A stretch of DNA of 64,000 nt from NCBI RefSeq assembly GCF_000004825.1, contig NW_008805078.1, forward strand, positions 336,069-400,068, written 5' to 3'. How positions within the stretch are numbered: the stretch's first letter is position 1; each line of letters begins with the position of its first letter. Below, piece after piece: positions 11,319 through 23,810 of the stretch. The DNA is from Heterostelium pallidum (Eukaryota). The translations under genes and the position numbers were made by a program. A model generated the notes under the pieces. That model was not told the origin of the DNA. It saw only the letters and a program-made list of their open reading frames with translations, and ran no database searches.

Positions 11319-14061
11319 ATGGGTAGATCACATAAAGGAAAAGATAAATTTAAAGTAAAAGTAGAGTATTTTAGTGAAGAAAGTAGCGAATCTAAAAGAG
11401 TACAATGGTGGCTCGTTGTTTGTTTCATGGCGTCGTGGTAATTCAAAGCTACAAGGAGAGACATCGCATGTCATCGTCAGAAATGCAGAGGCAACCTTTG
11501 AAGAGAAGATCACTTTCGAATCGAAATTCTTTATCGATTCGAAATCACAGAAGCCTGACGAGAAGAAGTTCTCAATGACTCTAAAGGAGGAAAAGAAAAA
11601 GTCGTCGTCTGGCAAAGTACTCGGAAAGATCGAACTTGATCTCACATCCTACATGAACTACAAATCAACGCAACCAGTCAATCTTTCTTTCTCAAAGGGT
11701 ATTAAACCTGAACCAATATTGACAGTATGTTATTATTATTATTATTATTATTATGTAATCACTATTCTGATTTATTTTACTAATTTTATTTATCAATCAT
11801 ATTCATAATGTTCAATAGTGTACTTTTAATACAATTCCACTTAAATATAACGATAAACCATTGGTAAAGGTGCTAAACAAGGAAACATCATCGAAGGATC
11901 CAAGATTGGTAAAGACAATCTCGGGTGAAGATTACTTTTTGGACAAGACAGACTCTGCTTCCGATACATCTGTAGATCACTCACAATCTTCTGATATTGT
12001 AAGTACAATTGATAATGTCTGCATATTTGTTGTAATGTTATTAATTGTTGTTGTTATATATTTTTTAGTCATTTAATGATTCATTTGGTGATGATGATCC
12101 TAACGATGATTTAGGAGAATCAAAGAAAGAGTTGAGAGCACAGATAGACCAGTTGACAAAAGAGAGGGATCTAGCAGACAACGAAGCATTCGAGAGACTT
12201 CAGAAAATGAAAGAAATGGAGACTGAAATTGAAAATCTAAAGAAACAATACAAAATATTACAAGAGGATATCGATTACAAAGAGAAGCTAATCGAATCGA
12301 TTCAAAATGAAAAAGATAATTTAATCAACCAACAACTTATTGAATCATCAAAAGGTATGTTTATAAAAATATCAAACATCTTTTAATAACAAACAAAACA
12401 CATTATTATTATTTACTAACCAGTTTTATATAGCTTTAAATAGTAGTAATGGAATGTCAGAGATTGAAGTAATTAAACAAGAAAAGTTGGAAAAGATGAC
12501 AATCATTGCTAATCAGGAGAAGGAGATTGCAAAGTTGAAGAAGCAGGTGAAGCAGAGTCAGTTGTCAAATAGCGAGTTGGGATCGTTGACAGGTGCCGAT
12601 ATTCGTAGTAAATATACATCGTTGCAACAGGAGAACGAGGAGATGGAAAAGACAATCGCAAAGCTCGAGAAAGAGATCTCACAGATGCAAGAGAAACTCA
12701 GTGTTGGTATCATACCGACAAGCAAGAAGAACGATGCCTTCAATGGAAACAACAGTAGCAATGAGATTGGTGTGGTCACCACCAAGTCTGGTGGATCGGT
12801 CGACGAACTTCGTCGTCAATCGCAATCATACAAACAGGAGCTCGACGAGAAGACACTGGTCGAGCGAACTATCTTCTTGGCGGAACCACAATTCAAAGGA
12901 AATCTAGCAGTCTCTGGTATTCACTTGTTCGACGGTCTTGTTGCACAAGGCATTCTCAAGGACAACAAGAGCGGAACACGTTTGTTTTCATCGATTGGAA
13001 TAGCACTTGAGACAACACTGAAGAAGTGTACTAACGATAATAACCTGCTAGCCTATTGGCTGTCTACGAGCTGTCTGTTGCTCGCCAAGATTGAGGCGGC
13101 ACAACAAGCCAGCTCCGACGACAAAGCCGGACTCTCGCCAATCAGCAGTTTCGAATACCAGCTGAAAGCCACCATCTTCAAATTCTACTCACGTCTTATT
13201 CACAATACATATGCACGCATTTCACCCATCCTAATGAAATCCATTTTACAACATGACATTCACGCATTCAATAGCGGTCGACTTCAAAAGCGAAAATCGG
13301 CACCGGACATTCCATCGCTCACCGCACTCAAAACACTGATGAATGGAACCAGCAGTAGTCCTGCAATTCTATCACCATCTACATCGAAACCAAACTCAAC
13401 TGGTAGTGCTGCATCAAACAACAACAACAACAATAATAACAGTTCAATTCGTCATAATCAGTTCAACAGTAATTCACTATTAGATATTCTACAGGAGTTC
13501 TATGAAATCCTTAGACACAACTATGTTCACGCCAATCTTATCACACAATTCTTCTCACAGATATTCTTTTACACGAATGCACTGCTACTCAACAGTCTCA
13601 ACTCGATCAATGGATTGTGTAGCACTGCCAATGGTTTCCAAATGAGAATCGAACTCTCAAAGATTCAAGACTGGGTTGCACTGGTCAATCTTGAGGAATC
13701 GATCGTTCAACTCCAACAGATGTTTGAAATCACCAACCTGCTTGTTATGGACAAGAAATTGGTATCCGACGCAGACGTACTGGAGCAAGTGATTGCATCA
13801 CTACAACCACACCACGTACGTCATATCCTAACACTTTTCCAAACCGATCAGATCAACGGTGATCCAATACCATCGGGTGTAATGAAGGCAATCGAACACA
13901 TCATCGCCAAGAGTGGCGAACAACAACCGGAAACCTATGATATCGATCTCACATACATGAACCAACTCTCATTGGACTTCCTCAAGGATTCAAGCTATCG
14001 TGCATCTGATAGACGTGAAATTGGTAGAACTAATACTAGTAATAGTTTATTAAAAAGATAG
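11319..14061 (+). CDS. NT-C2 (N-terminal C2) domain, coiled-coil and DIL (dilute) domain protein (4 exons)
   Basis: Exons are ~11319-11724, 11819-11998, 12069-12354 and 12434-14061. NT-C2 signature is LFVSWRRGNSK. The middle exons are coiled-coil. The DIL domain includes LLAYWLSTSCLLL and FSQIFFYTNALLLNSLNS. The Kozak-like start AAAATGG at 11319 is in a different frame from the downstream ORF; see findings. Confidence 0.6.
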
Positions 14062-14340
14062 ATAGATAGATAGATAATCATAATGACATATTAATTTAAT
14101 TAAATTTCTTATTTAAATTTTGTAATATATCTGACAATCTTTTGATCTTGTATATGAACTTTATTGATTTGGTTCAAAAATTTATTATAAACATCAATCA
14201 AAATTTATAACAAATGCAAAAATTCAAAGCAGAATATAATTTGTTTCTATCATTATTTAGATGTAAGAGTTTATTTAATTGAATACAATCATTTTAGGTT
14301 GAATGTTTGATTGATCAGTCAAAAATGTGATTCTATTGCT

Positions 14341-15545
14341 TTAAAAGATATCACGTTTGTTCATCAATAACTCTTGTGGTGACTTTTCTTTAAAGTTCTT
14401 TGCAAAAGTTTCAGCAACGAGTATTGGGAAAACAACGGTTGCCTCTGCATAGATTTTCACTGGCTTGGCGGTCACCTTGATCTTTCCCCAGGAGACAGCT
14501 TCGTCTGGACGAGCACCACTGTCGGAACCATCGAATTCCTGACCGGTGTTGAGGTACACTGCGAATTCCGCACCGTTTCTAAAGAGATTGGCGTTACAGA
14601 TGTGATGCTTGATGACACCACCACCGAGAATGATCATACCGGTCTTCTTTGAGTAGATGGCGTGATTGTTGATATTACGAATATCGGTGATCAAATCCAA
14701 CACTAAACCGGGCTTGTTGTACGAGTGGAAGTACATCATGTCACCGATGGAACCATCGGTAATCGCCGGACAAAACACTGGAATGTTATTCTTCCACGCC
14801 CAATAGTAGATTGACTCCTCGTTGTTGATCTCCTTTCCGAGACGATTGATCACACGCGACGGTGTCCAGAGAGTGCCGTTGTTGGTTTGCTCATCGACCA
14901 TCTTATCCAAGATGGGCATGATCCAATCCTCAAACTTGCAGTAGTTGTCGTTGGGAACCAACAAGTTACCGATACGATTCAGTCCACGACGACGCAAGTC
15001 GGCACCTGGCAGCGAGAACTCTCCGAGATAGGTTGGAGCGAGACACTTGATGAAATCCTCTTCGACTCCACCGGCAGTCGTCACGAGGACGTCGACCATG
15101 CTGTGTTGCACGAGATAACGGATGGTTTCACGCACACCCGACGACACCAAGTTGGAGGTGTATCCCAAGAAGATCTTGGTACGTGTATTCTTTCGTTCCT
15201 CAACGTTGTTCTCCTCGCCTTCGGCCAACGGTTCGTCAGAGAGACGCCAATTCAACATACGATTGATCTCTTCGATTGCTTGACCCACTGAAGATGCTTG
15301 GAATCCAGTGTTGATATACGATTCGAATAGCTTACCATAGTCTACACCATTGTTGAAATCGTAACCCTTGATGGTTGGACGATTGGCAAGATCCTCTGGA
15401 TTCGATTGGACAAAAACGAAATCCTTGGCACTTTGATCTAATTTTTCAAGTTTTTTTTATTATGAATGATTTAAACAATTAATATGACCTATCACTTTAA
15501 TAACTATGTTATTATTGTTGTTGTTGCTTTACCATTATTCATCAT
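14341..15545 (-). CDS. dhps: Deoxyhypusine synthase
   Basis: Exon 1 is 15533-15545 (ATGATGAATAATG then GTAAAG). The intron is 15438-15532. Exon 2 is 14341-15437. The total is 369 aa. Motifs match DHS closely: [103 protein letters not shown]. Confidence 0.85.
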
Positions 15546-16412
15546 TCTATAGATAATATTATTATTGCTACTACTATTATTACTGCTGCTAATGTTATGT
15601 TATTGTGTTATTAGTGTTAATGCTTTATTATTCTACTAGTAAAAAACTCTGAAAGTAGATATAAAGAAATATTGATTGGATTAAATAAGCTGTAAAGAAG
15701 ACTGTGCTGTTATTAATCAACCATTCATAAATCTGAAATTGGTAATATACCAAAATTTAATGTTATATAATTTGAAATGTAAGTTGTAAGTTTACAAACC
15801 TTAAATGATTTGATTTTCGAAGGAACTCTTTTTATCATTAGCTTGACAAAAAAAACAATCGTTTTGCCCAAAAAAATAATTTTAATTGTTTTTTTTATTT
15901 TGAGAAATTTCAATGTTTTATTAACAATCTCATCACTATTTTCAAACACTTTAATTAATTTCAAGTTACAATTTTCAAGATATAAGTTTGATGCAAACTA
16001 CGCTTTGTATTTATTCTAACCTCAAGTTTGCATCAGTGTTGAGAAATTTTAAATTTCCTTTATAAAAAAATAATTAAATTAAACTCAAATTAAAATATTC
16101 ATTCTAATAAATAATTAAGTTGGATATTAAAATATCTATGTTTCAATTTAAATAAGATAATTAAAAAAAACCTAGAATTTAAATTGATTACCACCATTAT
16201 TATTTTATTTTTACTTATTTTTTCTTATTTTTTTCTAATTTTTTTGTTGATTCACAATGATTCACAGAGTTTTAATGGGCACACACAACACTCAAAAACA
16301 AATGTTTTTTTTTTACTTAACACCATTCCATTATTAAAGTTCTCACTTTTTAAATGAAGTGGATAAATTAAGAATATACTATAATTATAATATAGAATAT
16401 CTAAATATAAAA

Positions 16413-18247
16413 ATGTCAGAGTTGAATAATAATAATAATAAAGATGGTGAAAGAAAAAACAACGAAAGTAAAGAAAAATCAAATGATATAGTTAGTTCAA
16501 TTGTAAATGATTTGATCGATGGAATCATTTGTTGTTTGAAGAAAGACGCTAGATATGATCTAATCGATTGCAAAGAAGAGAAGAATCAACAACAACTACA
16601 AAAAGAACAACCGATAAACAACGATATCCTATTCACAACAATAAAACACATACAAACTCAAGAAACTTCAAACCAACCAAACAAAATAATATATTACCGA
16701 CAAGAAAGTGAAACAATCAATCGAAATCAAACAGAGACTGTTATTTGGCAACCAAGAGTATTAAAACAAGTTAAAAACGATTGGTATGTAATAGATCCTA
16801 TAACTATCCCTCCTTGTCAATCACTTTAAAACGAAACGCTGCAATTGTATATCACCAAAACGAAAAAAAAAAAACGAAAGAACGAAAAAACGTCAAAATT
16901 TTCATATGCATAAAACATTTTCGTTTTTATTTTTTTTGCATAAGCAATTTTGGTCTAAGCGAAATTCAGTGAAAAATTGATCAATACAAAAAAAAAAAAA
17001 AAAAAAACTTGATTTTATATTAATTTGTTATTTTATTTATTTAGCTGTGGATATTATAGTTTATTTAATGGTATTTCCGTTTATAAATCATGTATTGCCA
17101 ATAGCTTTGAAGATAGAGATAGTTATTTTAAGAGAATGACATGTCGTCCTTTGTTTTGGCATATCTATTCGATAGCTTTGAATCTACTGGTACAAAAAGC
17201 AAGATTGGCAAAGAAGACATACTATCCGTGGAATGAAAAGTACATTGTAAAAGGTATAATGGAGCGTTGCTACATCGAGTATTTGCTGTCGAATGACAAT
17301 GTTATATCCCGACAGAAATATCCTATCACTGTTTTACCGGATTGGGCAATTGATTCGCTGCGAAACAATCGAGTACCACTGGAGGAGATCAACGAGCTGC
17401 GCACCGTCTCCAAACGATTCAAAGACAACGATAGCTACTGTCATATATTCATGATTGGTGTAGCTGTGCATTGGATATCGATGGTGGTGAACAAGCGAAA
17501 CAACCAATCGGAGATCATCGTACTCGACAGCAGGAATCACGACTTGATGGCTGGAACCGACGAATACTTCCAATCACTCATAGACAAACATCCCGAGGTG
17601 CCAGAGAGAATGAAGAATGGTTATCTAATTTCATTGAAAGATCCTAAATACATTGTAAAGTAAGTCATCATTAAATAACAATATAAAATCATTGTATAAT
17701 AGTACTAATTATTACTACTACTACTACTACTACTATTTTCATTATTAGAATTCTTCAAGATTGTATACTTGGAGATAAAGATATTGTTAAAGAGATTATA
17801 GATATAAACTTGAATGGATTCCTTGATAATTACTATCAATATGTGAATCCGATTGATTCAGTATCGATACACGAATCACTAGATTTAAATGATATTAAAA
17901 TGGTACAATTAATACATTGGCTTGAGAACTATTGGCCACCATCAGTAATCGAACATAATATTGTAAGTAATTTAAAACAAACAATCAAACCTGGTTAACA
18001 TTATTACCATATAATAATTAACATTTATATTTATCTAATATATCATACATAGTGTCAAGTATTAGATTGCATTATAAAGAGTAAAGAAGATATGAACGAT
18101 ATAATTCATCAAAATACATTGGAATCATTCTCAAAGTGGACCAAAGATTTGTCTAATCACAGTCTTGCAACTTCCGAAATTAATTTATTAAAACGATTTT
18201 CAACTACAGTCGAGTGGTTTCAATATAAATTTATTAGACCCTCATAA
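16413..18247 (+). CDS. Hypothetical protein (4 exons) with a possible Ulp1/CE-clan-like Cys-protease arrangement
   Basis: Exons are 16413-16783, 17045-17659, 17749-17962 and 18053-18247. Phases agree; the first intron is 261 nt. His in HWISMVVNK, Asp in IIVLDSRN about 15 residues later, and Q-D-C in KILQDCILG about 50 residues later match the His-Asp-Gln-Cys order of Ulp1-like proteases. This assignment is speculative. Confidence 0.45.
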
Positions 18248-18438
18248 ATTAAATAAATAATCGATAATAAAAGAATATAAGAGAGAGATATAGTTATTTT
18301 ATTTAAATATAAATAAATGAATGATTAATCATTATTCTGACTCACGCTCTGAGGATGTTCATTAAAAAAAGTTTTATCATTTTTTATTTTATTTTTTTTG
18401 TTTTTTAAAATATAATAATAATAATTAATTATTAGAGA

Positions 18439-19312
18439 ATGAGTAATTTTGTTTCAAATAATAATAAGAGAAGATGGGTATATGATGCTACTGTTGGATC
18501 ACAGGGAAGTAGTACATACGACAGTAAATCAGCAGCTGCTGTTTCTAAATCACCGATTCCAATGATCGCTGCCACCAATGCTGCTGTTGCAAGTAGTAGT
18601 GGTGCTGCTGCAAATACAAACAATGAAGTTTTAATGAATAAGGTAATAATAATAATAATAATAATAATAACGATAATCGCTAATATATATCATGATGTTC
18701 AGTAAAAACTAACAACAAGTTTGATCAATATATATATAATATTATAGAAAGGTTGGGAAGTTGCAAAATCACCAGCAAAGAGTATATTTATGACAGGTTT
18801 CCTATTGTGGATGATAGGTAGTGGTATCAGTATTTTCACAATGCCAGTTATTATCTACTCTGTTATCAACCCAATTAAAGCTATATTTCAAACAAACAAC
18901 TGTAATATCGATCGAATCAAACCATTCAACTTCTTTAAAAATAACAAATAGTAACTAGATGTACTAACTTACAATCATCTCAATATACATTCTCTCATCT
19001 ATACTATTATCATTGTTATATTATTTAGTATTCAGCAGATTCAAAGGAAATGAAACACTTCAAATGAAAATCACATATATTGCTATTCAACTTGGTCTTC
19101 TCGCAGTTGCACTCTACAAGTGTTCGAGTATGGGATTACTGCCTATTACACCATCCGATTGGATTTCAAGTTTACCATTAAAGATTGTAAGTTATGAACT
19201 TTTTATTGTTTGTTTTTACTTTTGAATAACGATAACTAACTTGTTTATATGAACATCAAATATCAAATATCAATAGAATTTAGATTTCTCAAGTGGTTCA
19301 TTTGTAAATTGA
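18439..19312 (+). CDS. emc4: ER membrane protein complex subunit 4 (EMC4/TMEM85-like)
   Basis: Exons are 18439-18642, 18748-18901, 19029-19186 and 19277-19312. Conserved EMC4 segments are present: GFLLWMIGSGISIFTMPVIIYSV, LAVALYKCSSMGLLPITPSDW, and a C-terminal FSSGSF. Confidence 0.7.
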
Positions 19313-19414
19313 AGATAGTTAGATAGATTAAAACAAAGAAATAATAAATAATAATTAAAAAAGTATTTATAAATATTATATATATATTACTATACAGAGA
19401 GGTTGTTGGCAAAG

Positions 19415-19813
19415 TTAACCACCACTCACAGGTGGAATTATAGCAACTTCATCTCTCTTTTTTATTTCTAAATCATTGGATCTATCGATGTATTCTAAAT
19501 TAACAGCTACCATACATACATCCAATAACTAAATATTAATAATAATAATAATAATTATAGTAGTAGTAATTATTAATACCTTTTTCTAATGATTCAATTT
19601 CAAATTTAATTGTATTACATTTGATATATTTGGGTATTTAAGCTTTAGCTCTGATATTAGTTGGTGTGTTGTACATTTATTGGCAGGTAGATTTACAATC
19701 ACTGAATCATCTTTCGAATGTTCACCAAGAATCATTTCTTTTACTTTGGCAAATAAAAGACATTTGATTTCGATTGTATTTGGTTTATCTGTTGTTGTAT
19801 CTGTAGTTGACAT
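19415..19813 (-). CDS. MoaD/MOCS2A-like molybdopterin synthase small (sulfur-carrier) subunit
   Basis: Exon 1 is 19619-19813 (IEIKCLLFAKVKEMILG ... KYPNISN). Exon 2 is 19415-19456 (RDEVAIIPPVSGG*). It has the C-terminal Gly-Gly and the MoaD-type (G)DEVAxxPPVSGG motif. The donor placement is uncertain and is discussed in the findings. Confidence 0.55.
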
Positions 19814-20340
19814 TGTTCTTAATATTAGAACTGAAAAAAAATAATTTATTAAAAAAACTTATTTTTTTTTTAAAATATATTTATTTTTTAAAAATCTACC
19901 TATTATTCTTAATAAATCTTTTATAAGTTCCTTGTATCCATCTTCTTATTTTTTAGAAATTAGTTTATATTTCATTTTTGATGTATAATTGTAAGTTAAT
20001 AATTTAAAAAAAAAAATAGAAAAAAAAACGCAATTATTATGTCTTTTAAATTAATTAACACGAAAAACACACTTCACACACAATGAAAAATTAGATTTAT
20101 TATTATTAAGATCCGTTTTTTTAAATTTCATTTATTCTTTTTTCTTTCTATTATTTTATATTTATATTATTTTATTATTTTAGTATAATTTGATAGATTT
20201 ACAATAATAAATAGTTACAGATATAAAAAAGTATTAGATTAAATTGTAATAATATATATATTTTTTGTAGTTTAGTTTTGTTTTTTTTTTTTTTTAGGTT
20301 GTTGTAGTATTAGCATTATCGTTGTTGAATTGATATCATC

Positions 20341-21838
20341 ATGTTATCACCAATTTTAAGAAAGAGTAGTAATACAGTTGTATTATCACCGCAATTAAGA
20401 TCTATCTCGACAAGATCATTTTCGTCAAGCTTTAGCATTGGTGGTGGTGGCATAAAGAGCAGTAATAAAACACTCAACCATAAGAGTAGCACTACCAGTT
20501 TCTTTACATCCTCAGATAACTGTAGAAAACCAAATGTTAATAGCAATTACTTTTCTTCACAACCAATTACAAACAACAAGAGTCAACATTCTAATTTCTT
20601 TGGTCTAAGAGAATTTTCGACTACAACTCCACAAACTCCACAAACTCCACAAACTCCACACGAGGAAAAACAACAACAACAAAAAGAATCGAATGACAAC
20701 AACAACAACAACAACGATAACAATCAACAAGAAGAAAAAACAAAAAAGAAAGAGTAGCAAATTCGGTAGAACATTGCTATTGTTAACTGGTTCGGCTACA
20801 TTAGCTTCCTATCTTTACTTCAAAGTCAATGGTCAAGATGTTAAAGTAAGTGTTTTCTTTAATAATAACAACAATCTGAATAAATGAACTTATAGTTATT
20901 ATTATTATAGTTGGAATATTTAAAGAGAATTCCATTTAGAGTTACTTCTAATCTTTGGGGAAGAATGGCAAACATTGAAGTACCAGTTAGTTTGAGACCG
21001 ACCGTCTATGGAACCTATGCATCTTTGTTTGGTGTAAAGGTTGACGAAGCCGAGAAACCACTCATTGAATATCCATCGTTGGCTGCATTCTTCTGTCGTA
21101 GACTCAAGAAAGACGCCAGAAAGATTGACGACGCCGCTCCACTTGTCAGTCCGGTCGACGGTAAAGTTATTTACTACGGTCCAGTGACAGGTGACTCTCT
21201 CGAGCAGGTCAAGGGTATCAATTACTCGCTCACTCATTTCCTGGGTGACAATGAAATCAAGCAAATCGAGAACAAGAACTTGTACCACGTCGGAATCTAC
21301 TTGTCACCGGGAGACTACCACGGAATTCACAGTCCTTGCCAATGGACTATCAAAGAAAGAAACCACTTCCCTGGCTATCTATTCCCCGTTGCCAAGGTGG
21401 CGGTCGACAACATCCCAGGACTGTTTGCACTCAATGAAAGAGTGGTGTTGGCTGGTCAATGGCGTCACGGATTCTTCTCTTTGACACCAGTCGGTGCATC
21501 AAACGTCGGAACCATTGAAATGGATTTCGATAAAGTAGGTGAAATACACTTCTTCTCTTTCCCAAAACCAATATTAACTAGTTTTGCTTTTTTGAATATT
21601 TTAGGGATTAAAAACCAATAATCAAAATGATAAGTATGGAAGTCCAGAAAACTACTATTTCAAATCATATTCTCCACAAATCAGCCAACAAAAAGGTGAA
21701 GAACTTGCATTCTTTAAGATGGGATCTACAGTCATCTTGATCTTCGAAGTACCAAAAGATCAAAAGTTCGAATTCGATCTTAAACCAGGTCAATCTGTCA
21801 TTCTTGGTCAATCTATTGGTAAATTAGAAAAGAAATAA
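20341..21838 (+). CDS. psd: Phosphatidylserine decarboxylase proenzyme, mitochondrial type
   Basis: The N-terminal region is an MTS-like presequence (MLSPILRKSSNTVVLSPQLRSISTRSF). A membrane anchor follows (GRTLLLLTGSATLASYLYF). Catalytic-core exons are 20911-21534 and 21605-21838, with GYLFPV, FALNERVVL and WRHGFFSLTPVGASNVG. The autocleavage motif F-x-M-G-S-T is FKMGSTV. The frame changes between 20693 and 20757. Confidence 0.8.
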
Positions 21839-22066
21839 AAAGAATATATAAAAAAATAATAAAAATAAGACTTTATAAAGTAAACAATATTGTTTTTTTT
21901 TTTTAATATTTGTTTTTTATTTAATTAATTTAAAAAGATATGTACATTTTTAATTGGTTGGTTGGTTGATTAATTGTTTTAAAAAAAAAAAAAAAAATAG
22001 ACCAAATTTGGGTCGGGATCAACCAGTCAGGTTAATCTTATTATTGTGTCATGTTGTTGATGTTGT

Positions 22067-22973
22067 TTACTTTGATGCCTTGGTCTTCTTGGTTGATTTG
22101 GTGGCAGATTTCTTTGCCTTGGTGGTGCTTGCCTTTGCCTTGGTAACTGTTGCCTTTGCTTTGGTGGTAGTTGCTTTCTTGGTAGCCTAAATTAAAAATA
22201 AAATTGACAAAAAAAAAAAATTAATATTTTTTCACCAGGATTCAATTTCACTTTTGGTAATAATAATTTCATTCAATGAATAAAATTAAATAGTGTAAAA
22301 TTAAAAAGTAAATAATAATCATATTTGATAAGGGTATGATGTGGAGTTGATAGTAGTTGATTTGTTATAAAAAATAATTGGTCAATTCAATCTTTTGTTA
22401 ATATTAAAAAATAAAAATTAACAAAAAAAAAATAATAAATGTTATATGTGATAAAAATAATATAAAAATGAAGGTATAAAAATAATATAAAATTAGGTAG
22501 GTAGGTATAGAGTATAGATAGATTGTTGTTGTTGTTGTTGTGTTGCTAATGCACATTGAATAATGGTGGTTTGATATTGGTGGGGAGCAATAACAAAATA
22601 TAACAGAAAAAAAAACTAAGTTGTTGTGGAGTTGAGTTGAAAAAAAAAATTAGTAAATTTTTTTTTTTTTTCCTCACATAAAATTTGGTTTTTATATGAG
22701 AACATACCTTTGGCTTGACAACTGCTCTCTTGACAGTGGCGGTCTCTGATTCTATTGAGGTGGATAATAATTAATCCAAAATATATGATTAGATAGTGCT
22801 CGACGAGATACATCCGACGATGTAAAAATGGTTTACCTACCTTCTGGATATCCAAGACGCTTTGGTGGAGTAATGGTACGAGTGCGAGTAGCAGATGGTA
22901 GTACAATTGCTACTGGGGTCTTACGAGCGGCTGGCTTCTTTCTCTCGGTCTTTTTGGTGGTATCGGTCGACAT
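22067..22973 (-). CDS. Small Lys/Ala/Thr-rich basic protein, 98 aa, histone-H1-tail or HMG-like
   Basis: Exons are 22841-22973 (MSTDTTKKTERKKPAARKTPVAIVLPSATRTRTITPPKRLGYPE), 22708-22751 and 22067-22186 (ATKKATTTKAKATVTKAKASTTKAKKSATKSTKKTKASK*). Both introns are GTAGGT/GTATGT..AG. Track ORFs on the + strand here are antisense artefacts. Confidence 0.5.
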
Positions 22974-23810
22974 GGTTGATGATCTACTCTCTAAGCGGAA
23001 CGTATTCAGATTGGTTTGGAATTGGTTGGTTTGGAAATGATAGGATAACTTTGTTGTACAATCGAAACTACTCTCTGTTGAAATAGAATGGCGATGAGCT
23101 AGATGATTCGAATGCTTGACGTTAGCGATTTGATGAGGTGATAGGCGACAACGCTGAGAGTCACCAAAAATTTATTTTGCTACTCACGGATTAAAATCTC
23201 TTTTCTATATATCCTTTCAAAGATAATTATAAATTTATTTTGATTAATGAAATAAAGAAATTAATTATTTTGACAAAACACATTTTGGAAAAAAAAAAAA
23301 ATCTTTTTTCAAATTAAAATTTATTTAATTTTTTGTGTTTTTTTTTCAAAAATTCAAATTTGAATTAAAATTTTCTCAACAGTTACATGGTGTGTTTGTT
23401 TTTATTTTTGAAATTTTATTTTCAATTTTTTTTAATTTCGAGAGTAACGGTTAAAAAAAAAAAAAAAAGGGTGTGGTTTCAAAAAGTTTTTTGCAATTAT
23501 ATTTTTGGTTTTTAATTATTTTTGCAATCACTTTTTTTTTCTTTTTGTATATCTTGTTGAATGGGTGTGATTGATCAATTAAAAATGATTTTTTAAAAAA
23601 AAAGAAACTGAGAGCCAATTTCTGCTTGCCGATCACAAAAAAAAAATCGAAAAAAACAAAGAAAAAGATAAAACAAAGATTTATAAAATTATATAAAACA
23701 AACAAAATTTATAATTACTTTACTTTACTTTTTTTTTTGCATCATTAGATACTATCAGATTATAATTATTTCTTATTTTTTACATTTTATTTTAATATAT
23801 ATATAAATTA

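Noticed and set aside
16830-17044. A 261-nt intron with poly(A)20 and ACGAAA repeats, considered as a possible embedded element or ncRNA
   Set aside because: It has no conserved structure or ORF. The length is at the high end for Dictyostelium introns but plausible. It is kept only as a note under the gene.
20600-20720. Tandem CAA/ACA/AAC and CCACAAACT repeats scored as a possible CRISPR-like or satellite array
   Set aside because: They are in frame within the PSD presequence, encoding TPQTPQTPQ and poly-N/Q. They are typical Dictyostelium coding microsatellites, and no spacer-repeat architecture exists anywhere in the window.
22828-23086. Plus-strand track ORFs at 21954-22190, 22828-23040 and 22895-23086
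   Set aside because: They are antisense to the three exons of the minus-strand basic-protein gene. Translations such as VVAFLVA and repeated FALV are mirror images of the AKKA repeats.
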